From a virus: a DNA stretch of 64,000 bases. A program made the position numbers and the translations under genes. This document shows, in pieces, positions 38,962 to 48,871 of this stretch. Position 1 is the stretch's first letter. Each line of letters begins with the position of its first letter. The stretch is taken from positions 2,936-66,935 of the IMG/VR virus record IMGVR_UViG_3300030104_003796; one strand, written 5' to 3'. The notes below the pieces were generated by a model, which was not told where the DNA came from, did not search any database, and saw nothing but the letters and a program-made list of their open reading frames with translations.

Positions 38962-41900
38962 TTAGACTAATCCACCTGTTGATTTAAAGGTGGAAATGAA
39001 TTGTGTATCTTCTCCGCTCTTGACGATTAGGACCTGCCCGCCGTTGGCGAGAACCCATCCTGTGTTCATCTTTCGGAGTTTATCGAATCTTTCGTAGTCC
39101 TTCAATGGTAATCCATTCAATGCTCGGAATACCAATTCTTCGGTCATGTGTAAATGCTGGAATAAAACAACGCTTTTATTTTCGTGGCTGACGATAGGCA
39201 GGAATACATCATACATAGCATCGGTCAATGTTAATTTGCCTTCTTTGAATCTATCTATTATACTCATTCCCAAAACCTCTTATTCCAAATTATCTTATAC
39301 ATTCCTTTGTAGCGACCACTTTTCAAAGGGCCAACTCCTTTAACGGGTTTTCCTTCTTCTCTGAACTTAGTTCTTATTGCGTCCATTTCGGCGTATGTTT
39401 TTACGTAGCCAAAATGACGGCCCATAATAACGTCCTCGTCATCTATACCTGTGGTGAATCCCATTGATTTACAAATAGCGATTTCTATCATCGTTCCACC
39501 CTGCCTGTGTATTCTGTTCCGTCTTCCATGATTATTTTAACCGTTAATTTTCTTGGATTTACACCCTTAGCCAATCGGGCTAATTCTTTGTAATTCGGTT
39601 TGAAATAAACCTCGCAATTAGGTTCAAAATTTTTAGTCATTATTCTTCTTCCCCCATCATTTCGTGTGCTATTCGTGCCTTGAATTTCTGTCTGTATAAC
39701 CAACGTCGAGCGGCCTTCTGTCTTCCTGTCGGCACTATTCATCCTCTCCTTTTATACAATCTTCAATTATTGTGGTATTGCTGAAATCTAAAAAGTATGG
39801 GTTGATGTATGAATCCATATTCGCTTTCCACCATGTGAGAGCGATATTGTGCATGAAGGCTTGTTGCATACGTGATTTCGGTTCTGTTCTAACTCTAATC
39901 GTGGTTTTATCCTGCATCCCCCATATCTTCAATCTAAAAGAAAAGAGGGTATTATTTTTTATGAAATCTTCAAGGGACTCAAAGATAGTCAATTGGTCGA
40001 AGTATATGTTTTCCACCAAACCCCATTTCGTGTTGAATAAAAATTGGTATAGACTCTCCATCGCTTCTTCATCTGTCTTATTTTCATAAACCCAAAAGCC
40101 TGTTTCTCTTGTAAAATTAGTTATGCTCATTTTTTTCCATCTCCTTCATGTCTTGTTCCCATTTCTTTCTGATTGCGTGTTCAACCGGACAACGACTCAC
40201 TTTACCACTACCCATTCGCCTTCTTCGTTTATCGCTATCCATTCGCCTTTTTCGTTCTTCTGCAACGGTTGACCTAATGTTCCCCCTGCTATCGCATCCA
40301 ATTGGTCGCGCACGTAGTGTCTTAGCAAATTAGTTAATGTGTGTATATTTGCTATGATTTTAGGGTCGCTAAAATCTTCGACACAATCTCCGGCATCTAT
40401 CACATTGAGCATCATTGAAAATCGCTCTAATGCGTGTTCGTTTTCGTTTATTTCTTTTTCTTCTATCATATTTCATTCTCCTTATTTTTTGGTGTAGTTG
40501 GTGGCTTATGCTTTCGATAACCTCGCCATTCCTCCTACAAATTAACGCTAATAACTCCGGTATATAACCGTGTCTATTCTTCCCCCTCGCAATCACGGCA
40601 GGTACAGGTAATAGTATCACCATACCAATCAGCCCTACGATGTTCTTCGCACATTTTACCGCAATTTTCACAGGTAAAACAACCACAATTACCATAGCAA
40701 TCATCGCATTGTGAGTTGCCGCAATTATCACAATAATAAATATAATACTTATCTAATGTTTGGCCGCAATCACACATAGTAATGTCGTCTGTGTCGTAGG
40801 TGTCTAACCGCATACCCCCTGCTAAGTGCTCAGATACCTCAAGAAAAGGTGGCTCTTGGCCGGAAAATAAAATCCCTAAATTTCTTTGTCCGGCTTCTTC
40901 TTGTTTGGCTGGCGTTAGTATTTCTCTTGGAATGATGGCTACGATTCCTGCGTCAAGATAGATAGTATCTCCCTTGACCCATCCATCCATAGACTGTGCG
41001 CTATTCTTCCACGACCATGAACCATCTCCGCCTGTGTCTGTGTAAATATCTATCGTCTTCGATATGCGAGTCTTTTGTGGGCTGTGTGAGAAAATTTCCC
41101 TTGTCCATGTAATCGTAGGATTGTTGCTAATGATATTCAAATTTTTTAACTCCTGTTCTTTTTGGTTGAGAGCCTCGCAAAATTCATACCACCTTTCGTC
41201 TTCTATCACATAGCATGGGTCACCCACATACCAATCCCATTCTAACTCCCTCATTCGTGAATCACCTCAAGTATCTCAAGGATTTTTCCATTAGTATCGA
41301 ACCGCCCTTTACTTTCGATTTCTGCTTCGCAAAGGTAGGTTATCTCAGCGAGTTTATTTTTTAACTCCTTGATTTCGACATCTTTTATTAGTGCTGTCGT
41401 TGTTATCAATCTCTTTATTTTTTGTCTATCATAATTACTCATTCTTCTCTCTCCTTTTCTGCTCTCCAATTGCGAAGCACCAATGCTGAATCTTTCATAA
41501 CCTGTAAATATTCGTTGGCTTGCCCTGATACTCTTTGTGCCTTCGGCGCACGAACACCTATCCACGAATACATACGCTCGATAAGCGTTAGGTGCGCTTC
41601 TCTTTCGGGGTAGTCATCCATATTCCCGTCTATGGTTCTCACATTAGGTTCGTGTCCTGCAAAGCCGCAGGTCGAACAAACATATAACGGTAGGAAATAT
41701 TGGTGCGACACATACAATGTGCCTTCATCACACTCACAATGGTCGTGTCTTTTGAAATTCGGTGGTGGACTATACTTTCTCATTCACTTTCACCCCTCTT
41801 TTTTTTAGGCAGTATTAAATTCACATATCTAAACCCATATCTGCCCTCAACGAAGGGATTTCCACGAACCCAACGGTTTTCGCCTTCATCCGTTTCAACC

Positions 41901-43065
41901 ATGAAATTAGGTCGCGGCCAAATGCAAGCGGGCAATCCATATCCTTCGGGTTCAAAGAATATCACTTCTTTTTGAACAAGGGTTGAAATCAACGCCCTAA
42001 CCTGCCGCATTGGGAGGCTAAACCAATGCTCGCTCACCCAACAGGAGAAGCCCATCCCATCACTACTATGGTCTGTGTATGCTATATCCTCAAGCAATTG
42101 CATTTCTAACTGTGTAATTTTTACTTTCATTTTTTTTCACTCCTTATTTTTTTTGTTCAATTATTTCCAATATCTTATCCATACCGATTTTCTCGACTCT
42201 ATCTTTGAATCTCAATAATTCTAATGCGGTTTTTTTCGTTTCGATTTCGTGCCGCATATCCTCAATAAACATCCTCAATTTTCCATCAAAGATTCGTAAA
42301 ATATCAAGACTTATTACATCGGTTCGTTCATCCAACCCGCTCACGATATCATCTATCGTGCGGATTTTCTCATCAATCTTATCTGCGATGTTTGTTATTC
42401 TCATATTTTTCACTCCTTATTTTTTTAATCGTAACCCCTATATCCTCTCGATAATTTTCTAATGAAATCGCCGTATTTACTCCCAAATTCTAAACCCATA
42501 AATTCTGATACATCTTTAGGCACTACGCGGCTCAAAGCCAAAACCATTTTTATTTCATCGGCATTTAATTCTGCCTTGTATGGTCGGAATCTCTTGAAGG
42601 TAGGGTATTTCGGTCCTTTGATTCTATGCCCGCAAGAACAAACAATCATTATCAATTCTGCGTTTTTTTCTTCTTCCGCAATATCCGTTAGGTCTTCTCC
42701 ACATTTTTTACAAATTATACTCTCCATTTTTTTCACGCCACCTTTTCGTATTCTAATTCTCCGGTATGAACATTCAATGTGTATAACCATTCAATGTCGC
42801 CGTGAATATCTGTTGTATATTGAAATGGTTTGTATGTTTTTTGAAACCGATTACCCATAATGAAATAGGTTTCTTCTATACTCTCTATTTTTTCTGCAAC
42901 ATAAGCCGCGAATACATCTCCTTTGCGAGTGTCGAATTGTTTTATTTCGCTAATGATAGGCTCAAGCGCAGGTAATACGGATTCGGGGTAGCCATCACAA
43001 TGACGATACATGAATATTCTATAACCGCTATTATTTTCAACGATAACATTACATCGGGTGGACAA
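38962..43065 (-). other. Run of about 11 small, tightly coupled early hypothetical ORFs (e.g. 38962-39264, 39264-39491, 39735-40130, 40197-40469, 40574-41254, 41439-41783, 41780-42130, 42144-42413, 42733-43065)
   Basis: GGAG/GGTGA leaders and ATGA overlaps. 40574-41254 has YVGDPCY plus a Cys-rich tail; 42733-43065 has the MSTR..YRHCDGYP motif common in phage proteins. Confidence 0.65.
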
Positions 43066-43182
43066 TCAATCACCCCTCTTTTTGAATAGGCCGTTGCCGA
43101 TGTGCATATAGTCATCGTTAGGGTAGCCCCATTCGTTTAGGTCAGTCGCAGGTAGGTCTTCTTTCTTGTAGGTCTTAGCCAT
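43066..43182 (-). CDS. Small hypothetical protein (MAKTYKKED...)
   Basis: ATG lies 20 nt after promoter copy 3. Confidence 0.5.
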   Translation of the reverse strand: MAKTYKKEDLPATDLNEWGYPNDDYMHIGNGLFKKRGD

Positions 43183-43202
43183 GTTTAATCCTCCTGTTGA
43201 TA

Positions 43203-43228
43203 GTATATAGTCTTTTTTATCGTGAGTT
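43203..43228 (-). promoter_or_regulatory. Repeated promoter, copy 3 (AACTCACGATAAAAAAGACTATATAC)
   Basis: Same 26-bp motif. Confidence 0.8.
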
Positions 43229-43384
43229 TTATTCTTCCTCACTCCTGCTTCTTTTGCATATCCGGCAATAATTTTCACCGCTTATTTTTGGGTGGTGTAT
43301 CTTACAACTCATAGGGTCTGTTTTTTTAGTCATGTCCGTGTAAAATATATTAGTCTGATTCATAATTTTTACTCTCCGTTTTTT

Positions 43385-43597
43385 TTACTTCCTATTTATT
43401 ATCCCATGATATACCAAACGAGCGTAATTCTCCATCCATGAAGACAGCACATCGCGCGCCTCGCCTTTTTTAAGGCCGAAATCCCTTTGAAGATAAGGTG
43501 CTGCGCCGTACATATTAGTGTCGCCGGATGCCCTCAAATCCTCAAGGTATTGGTAGTATTCTGTCCATTCTTTTTTGTATTTTTTATTTTTAGTCAT
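43385..43597 (-). CDS. Hypothetical protein (YLEDLRASGDTNMYGAAPYL family)
   Basis: AGGAG leader before MTKNK; motif seen in small phage proteins. Confidence 0.6.
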   Translation of the reverse strand: MTKNKKYKKEWTEYYQYLEDLRASGDTNMYGAAPYLQRDFGLKKGEARDVLSSWMENYARLVYHGIINRK

Positions 43598-43643
43598 TAT
43601 TTTTTCTCCTTTTGTGAATGTGATAATAAAAAAATAGTGTTTG

Positions 43644-43775
43644 AAAAAAAGAGGGCGGGGGATTTTACGCTTCCCCCGAAAGCGGAGTATCATTTATTCG
43701 TAGCCGCAACTCAAGCCCAAATTACCCGAAGGCAGGGTGGGCGAGTCTGCGATTGCTCACGATTGGCTGATTCTC
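43644..43775 (-). ncRNA. Candidate structured ncRNA: 91-nt rod plus 3' H-type pseudoknot plus U-tract
   Basis: Hand-folded nested helices capped by C(UUCG)G; pseudoknot CGCUU-U-CGGGGG-AAGCG-UAAAAU-CCCCCG; AAAAATATAA about 27 nt upstream; T7 tract downstream. Confidence 0.6.
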
Positions 43776-43845
43776 AAAGCATACCCCGTTTTTTATTGGG
43801 GTTATATTTTTACGACCTGTGAGATACACGGTCGTTTAATGAAGA

Positions 43846-44865
43846 TTATAGGTGTGCATCAACGAGTCTGCCCCAAGCCTTAGTCATCATCTTATCACCA
43901 ACACCAAAGACCGCGTTTTCTGCGGTTTTTTGTTTGATACTTCCTTCGGAACCAAAGACGGCGTTAGCCTTTTGGAATGAATGATGCGTTACGTGTTCGG
44001 TCAGCGTATTATACGCCGCCCACGCAGTATCAGCCATTCCGCCTGTGGTGTTCGTTGGTGCAGTTTCTAACTCAAGCAATTCGTCAAGTTTGCGGTTGCC
44101 CTGTGCAGATAGACCATAAATATTAGTCGTATCTTTTTTAGTGCGTTCCGCATCAGCCTTACCGAGATAACCTGTGTCGATATAGAATTCTATTCTATCC
44201 GCCATATCCATGTGGACCTCAAGCAAACCGTTGGCTTGCTCGGCCCATTTTTTATTTAGGGTGTTGGTCAATTTCAAAGCCCTGCTAAGGTGCTTGATTT
44301 TGTCGTGCATTCTTGACGAATGACGAATAACCAAATCAGATGGTTTGATGCCCATTTCCCTCATGTTATGAAGGACCGCGCTCGTCTGATTTCTGCAAAA
44401 CAGACGGTTAAGAGTCGGAAGGACTCTAAAGGCTTGTGAGCCATCATAGGCATTCGACAGATAGATTTTAGCGTTGGAGACGTCGTTATCACCAATGGTG
44501 ATATGTTCGGGCAGTGCTAACTGCGCAAAAATTCTCGCGCCGCCATCAGTCTGCCCGACTCTCTCCCACTCCGCTTGACCTGCGCCGACTAATCCATCGG
44601 CAACCGAAAACATTTCTGTTGGTTGGAGGTTGGTATAATTTTTACCAACCGCACCTAACGGTTGCCCTGTGTCGGACCGGAAATTTACGCTATACCTTTC
44701 GGGTAGCAATTCCCCTGTGTCTGGGTGTGGGATTCGCCGCTTCTCAACGGTGAAGTCCAAACCTGCGTTCTTCATTACTTCTTCATTTGTTCGGCCAACG
44801 GCTTCCTGCCCCATCAATAGATGAGCAGGAATCGTCTTACCGATTCTTTGTCTAAAATAATCCAA
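43846..44865 (-). CDS. DUF932-family phage/plasmid protein
   Basis: AGLDFTVEKR, RSDTGQPLGAVGKNY, NAYDGS, RLFCRNQ, IRHS, TAWAAYNTLTE; probable TTG start after GAGGTG. Confidence 0.85.
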   Translation of the reverse strand: MDYFRQRIGKTIPAHLLMGQEAVGRTNEEVMKNAGLDFTVEKRRIPHPDTGELLPERYSVNFRSDTGQPLGAVGKNYTNLQPTEMFSVADGLVGAGQAEWERVGQTDGGARIFAQLALPEHITIGDNDVSNAKIYLSNAYDGSQAFRVLPTLNRLFCRNQTSAVLHNMREMGIKPSDLVIRHSSRMHDKIKHLSRALKLTNTLNKKWAEQANGLLEVHMDMADRIEFYIDTGYLGKADAERTKKDTTNIYGLSAQGNRKLDELLELETAPTNTTGGMADTAWAAYNTLTEHVTHHSFQKANAVFGSEGSIKQKTAENAVFGVGDKMMTKAWGRLVDAHL

Positions 44866-44984
44866 ATTTTTCACCTCTTTTTTTTTCAAACACTCAACCG
44901 CTATCATCGCCCTTGACTTCAAAGGCTCAATAGGTTGGTAGGGAGATTTTTTAGTTCTCCCATAATATATACTAATAACTAATA

Positions 44985-45010
44985 GTATTTAAGGTTTTTT
45001 ATCGTGAGTT
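44985..45010 (-). promoter_or_regulatory. Repeated promoter, copy 4 (AACTCACGATAAAAAACCTTAAATAC)
   Basis: Same 26-bp motif, abutting a TTATGTAAC site. Confidence 0.8.
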
Positions 45011-45034
45011 ATTATGTAACATCTTTTTTTCCGC

Positions 45035-45075
45035 AAAAAAAATCACCGACCCGCTCCCCGAAGGGAACGAGTCGG
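45035..45075 (-). terminator. Hairpin plus oligo-T terminator
   Basis: CCGACUCGUUCCC-UUCG-GGGAGCGGGUCGG followed by a T8 tract on the - strand. Confidence 0.65.
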
Positions 45076-45117
45076 CTTACGTATTTCAGAATCTATTTTT
45101 TCAGTCGTTGTTTTTTT

Positions 45118-45312
45118 TCACTCAACGATTTCAAGAATGCTCGGATGCTTTGCGACTCTCCATACTTCGCCGCTTGCGCTACGGCCATTTATGCCTCTCG
45201 CCTCATGCGTCTTCACCTTGACTGATTTTTGGTTCACTTTGATAACTTCACCTACGGTCTTTTGACCATTGGCTCTCCCAAATCTGACCTTCATTCCAAT
45301 TTTCAAATCCAT
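45118..45312 (-). CDS. Small SH3/KOW-like protein
   Basis: LKIGMKVRF...GEVIKVNQKSVKV...WRV. Confidence 0.6.
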   Translation of the reverse strand: MDLKIGMKVRFGRANGQKTVGEVIKVNQKSVKVKTHEARGINGRSASGEVWRVAKHPSILEIVE

Positions 45313-45356
45313 TCTTTTTTCACCCCCTTTTTTTTTAACGGTTGATTTTTTCTGTT

Positions 45357-45635
45357 TCACTCAATGACTATGTATTCGCCCGATGCGACTTTAGCCCGAA
45401 CATCTTTGATGCTCATTTCGCCCAAAAATCTTAACAGGTATTTATTTGTCGTTGCGCTATACATATTCCAATATGGTTCAAACAAAGTTATTTGGTTTCC
45501 ACCTTTAGGCCCGATTTCGCCGTAATCTCTCACGGCTACTATGGACTCGTACGACTGAAAAATTTTCCGCGCACCCTCACTAATGATGTATTGGTTTTTT
45601 GCTATCGTTCTTACTCTTGATGTAATTCTATTCAT
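45357..45635 (-). CDS. Hypothetical protein
   Basis: FQSYESIVA...YSATTNKYL motif; follows promoter copy 5. Confidence 0.6.
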   Translation of the reverse strand: MNRITSRVRTIAKNQYIISEGARKIFQSYESIVAVRDYGEIGPKGGNQITLFEPYWNMYSATTNKYLLRFLGEMSIKDVRAKVASGEYIVIE

Positions 45636-45663
45636 AATCCTCAATATGAAGTATATAGTCATA

Positions 45664-45689
45664 GTATTTAACTTTTTTTATCGTGAGTT
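45664..45689 (-). promoter_or_regulatory. Repeated promoter, copy 5 (AACTCACGATAAAAAAAGTTAAATAC)
   Basis: Same 26-bp motif, abutting three tandem TTATGTAAC sites with 19-bp period. Confidence 0.8.
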
Positions 45690-45878
45690 ATTATGTAACT
45701 TCTTTTTTATTATGTAACTTCTTTTTTATTATGTAACTTACCTGTGCTACCAAGATAAAAATTATGTAACTTTATATTTTTATCGCAAAAAAAAATAGGG
45801 GGGAGATTTACTCAAACATCTCCTTCAATCTGCGCTCAAATCGCGCCCACATTTTTTCGGTTGATAATTTTTTAGTCA

Positions 45879-46403
45879 TTATTTTTTCTCCTTGCAGTTT
45901 TTACAGATGCCGACTTTCTCGGCGGCGTTCCACATCACGAAGTCGCGCACAGGTGCGCGGGCATTACATGATGAGCAGGAAAGATAGACGGCAATATCAA
46001 TGCCGTTTGTTGGTTGCATCGTGCGCGTGTAGTCGCGCATCTGCGCGGCAATTTTTGCCGCCTGTCTGAGTCGTGCGGCCTCTCTTTTCTCGGCCCTATT
46101 TTTATTGACCCACGCTATGCGCTCGTTGGTGTCGTCTTCTTTTGGTGGGGTGAATGACCTTGACTTCGGACATGATGGGCGGTGCTTGCGAGAAGGACAA
46201 CCACAGGCACGGAGTTTGACTTTACCGCGTCCGCCCATGTGCTGACCTTTTTTTCTCTTGATACCGTGTCGAGGATTTTCGGCGGGTAATTTTTTGCATG
46301 GCTCACACATGACGCGAGAGCGACCCTTGAGATTCTGTTCAAATTCTTTAGAGCATCGGCGGCAGGTGAAATATCTTATCTTTATCTTTTTATTCTGAGG
46401 CAT
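45879..46403 (-). CDS. Basic multi-zinc-finger protein
   Basis: CRRC..CEPC, CGC..H..C, CSSC..CKNC; AGGAG leader. Confidence 0.65.
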   Translation of the reverse strand: MPQNKKIKIRYFTCRRCSKEFEQNLKGRSRVMCEPCKKLPAENPRHGIKRKKGQHMGGRGKVKLRACGCPSRKHRPSCPKSRSFTPPKEDDTNERIAWVNKNRAEKREAARLRQAAKIAAQMRDYTRTMQPTNGIDIAVYLSCSSCNARAPVRDFVMWNAAEKVGICKNCKEKK

Positions 46404-46617
46404 TGTTTTTTCTCCTGTGTTGTTCGCGGGTGTGTGTGTGTCTGTCCATAATATACCATCTTTTTCATAGTATATAATACTATCTTAGTGCGATTCTCCT
46501 TTTATGTAACATTATTATGTAACTTTTTTTCTCTTTTTTTTACACAGAATCAAGATACGAATTATGTAACTTATCTGCTGTGCTGGTCCAAAAAAAAATA
46601 AGGTCAAAAAATTATTT

Positions 46618-47034
46618 TCAATCCTCACGCGGTCGCTCATGAGGCGGGAGAGAAAATTTACAGCGCCTAAATCTGCTTCGGCGAATGGTTTTGCTTCCGG
46701 CTTCGGTTTCCGGCTCTTGTGCTGGTTGGTTTCGGTGGGCTATTCGCTCTCGTAACTCGACGTTACTGATGCGGTAGGGCATCGGATTATCATTGACCGA
46801 ACATTTCCATTGGTATCTCCGCTCATCACAGAAGCAATCAGCGAGGGTGTATCTTGAGCCGCTTCGCGGGCATCGGTAGGGCTTGCGTATTTTTTCCCCG
46901 TTTTCATCCTCAACCATTGGGTTGAATTTTCGGTTGAACCTTCGGATTATTTCGGGGGTTATTTTTCCAGCATGAGGCCCCATTTTTTCAGCATCACCAC
47001 ATAACCTACACCAACGACTTCGGCACATAAACAA
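46618..47034 (-). CDS. Cys/Arg-rich hypothetical protein
   Basis: CRSRWCRLC and CPRS..CFC; start codon uncertain. Confidence 0.45.
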   Translation of the reverse strand: MFMCRSRWCRLCGDAEKMGPHAGKITPEIIRRFNRKFNPMVEDENGEKIRKPYRCPRSGSRYTLADCFCDERRYQWKCSVNDNPMPYRISNVELRERIAHRNQPAQEPETEAGSKTIRRSRFRRCKFSLPPHERPRED

Positions 47035-47918
47035 GCGTTATTTTTTTTATATTTAAGGTCGGCGATTTCCCATTCTCCTTTTATGTAACTCTTTTATGTA
47101 ACTTTAGTTTAATTCAAAAGTTTATGTAACTTTCTTTTGTGATTTAAAAAATTATGTAACCTTCTTTTTTTCTGCCCCCTTTTTTTATGTAACTAAATGT
47201 AACTATAATCGTAATTTATGTAACGTTTTTTTATGTAACTAATTTTATCCGCCTTATTATGTAACTTTTCTTATGTAACTTTTTTCTTATGTAACTTTTA
47301 TTATGTAACGCTACCTACACAAGCACACGCGCGGATTTTTTTTGTTACATAATATGGTTACATAATTTTTTGAGATACACAATATGGTTACATAATTTTT
47401 GATTGGTGTTACATAATATCAGATTGGAGTTACATAAGGTGTTACAATGAGTTACATAATGCCCGAAAAAAAAGTTACATAATACTATTGGGGTTTTAGG
47501 TCCTTTTTTTGGGGTTTTTGGCTATTATGTAACTAACGAAATGGCTGTCTCTCGATTAGGGGGTAAAACGATGATGGGTTTCATTAGTTACATAATCGAA
47601 ATCCGAAAATCGGCTCAATTGTGGTGAACAGGCTCGCAGTATAGCGTTTTCATGTGGTATTTAGGGCGACCTAAACTCCGAAAAACACCCCGAAATTATG
47701 TAACTTTATTTTGGCGCATTATGTAACTCTAAATCGAGATTGCTCAATCGTGCATACTATATACTATGACTTCCTCTCAGAAGCGGGCCGGACTCGCAAA
47801 ATATTATGTAACATTCTTGATTCCACTAAAAAATTATGTAACTTCGCTAAATCATAGAAATTATGTAACATATTATGTAACACGCCGGTTCTTAAGTGGA
47901 GGCTTGTTCGCTCATAAT

Positions 47919-48128
47919 ATGTCGGAAGACAGGGAGAAAACGAAGCAAGAACAACGAAAGCAATCGCTTGTTAATGCGCTAATCATCGTGAAGTTGATTG
48001 GCCCTAATATGCGAAAGACTCAACCGGAGTCATCATGGTCCACAGACCTACGAGATGACCCCGATATTGAGGCGGTAATCACGGCCCACATATCAGAAGA
48101 TGTGAACATGAATTGTGAGGTGTATTGA
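47919..48128 (+). CDS. Hypothetical protein (MSEDREK...), probably leaderless
   Basis: In-frame ATG about 22 nt after CTTAAGT; the upstream part of track ORF 47766 is repeat DNA. Confidence 0.55.
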   Translation: MSEDREKTKQEQRKQSLVNALIIVKLIGPNMRKTQPESSWSTDLRDDPDIEAVITAHISEDVNMNCEVY

Positions 48129-48506
48129 ATGACGTTCCGCATCACTACAAGGGGCGCGGATGCGTCAAAGGATGGTGAGAGATACCGAAAGGAGGTGGAT
48201 GCAAACGATACGAAGACGTCATCATGGCGGCTCGTATTGCGAGATGACGGCAAGCACTTCATGGAATCATGGGTTGAAACATATCATCACCACTCCGGCA
48301 AGTCAAGGACGAGTTATGTAACTATCAGATTATCAGATGAAGAAGTCGCAGACATGGGAGATGCAATCAACGGATTCAATATCCATCATCACCCATTACA
48401 TCAATTAACGGGTGAATACGAGATTCCAACCACGCACCTATATGCTGGCGATGAAATCACAGGCTCACACCAAACCAACGAAGACCTAAAGATTCAGAAT
48501 GACTGA
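48129..48506 (+). CDS. Hypothetical protein
   Basis: GAGGTG leader; followed by a GC hairpin. Confidence 0.65.
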   Translation: MTFRITTRGADASKDGERYRKEVDANDTKTSSWRLVLRDDGKHFMESWVETYHHHSGKSRTSYVTIRLSDEEVADMGDAINGFNIHHHPLHQLTGEYEIPTTHLYAGDEITGSHQTNEDLKIQND

Positions 48507-48519
48507 TTATGTAACTTAA

Positions 48520-48551
48520 TGGGGGGTAGGGCCGCTTCATTCCTGCCCCCC
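48520..48551 (+). terminator. GC-rich hairpin after ORF 48129-48506
   Basis: GGGGGGTAGG-N11-CCTGCCCCCC. Confidence 0.45.
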
Positions 48552-48871
48552 AACCAAGTTATGTAACTTTGTCCTTTTTTGTAACTCCGCTATTATGTAA
48601 CTTCGCTCTTTTTTAAGAAACCAATATTATGTAACATCAGAAACCTGCGAAACTGGCTCAAATTTCAAGGTTGAAAAATTATGTAACTAAGGGAGTATAT
48701 AAGCAACGGACCGAAAAATGGCCTCGCGTTGTGCAAAAAGTCCGTTCAGAAAAATTGCGATTATGTAACGACTCAAGGGGTATAAACGATGCACTGCGAG
48801 CCGGAAATTCGGAAACGGGGCTTATGTAACTAAACTGCCCGATTCATATACTACTATAGGAACGGCGGGCC

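Larger units (their letters stand above)
45012..48830. repeat. Dispersed array of about 42 TTATGTAAC/GTTACATAA 9-mers
   Basis: Hand count: about 34 forward and 8 reverse, almost all intergenic, densest at 47081-47482, with an orientation switch at 47310-47343. Confidence 0.92.

Noticed and set aside
43756-43763. CTCACGAT inside the candidate ncRNA matches the core of the five-copy promoter in opposite orientation
   Set aside because: An 8-bp match is expected by chance in 64 kb; not enough to claim guide or promoter-mimic function.
47081-47482. CRISPR array or mini-array
   Set aside because: The repeat is only 9-11 bp, spacers are low-complexity and irregular, orientation switches, and there is no cas operon.
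47766-47918. N-terminal extension of ORF 47766..48128 with repeated YVT peptides
   Set aside because: It is the translation of TTATGTAAC repeats; the likely start is 47919.
45012-48830. Similarity of TTATGTAA to the eukaryotic PAR-bZIP D-box
   Set aside because: The gene content is that of an archaeal virus and no bZIP protein is recognisable; treated as coincidence of a short quasi-palindrome.
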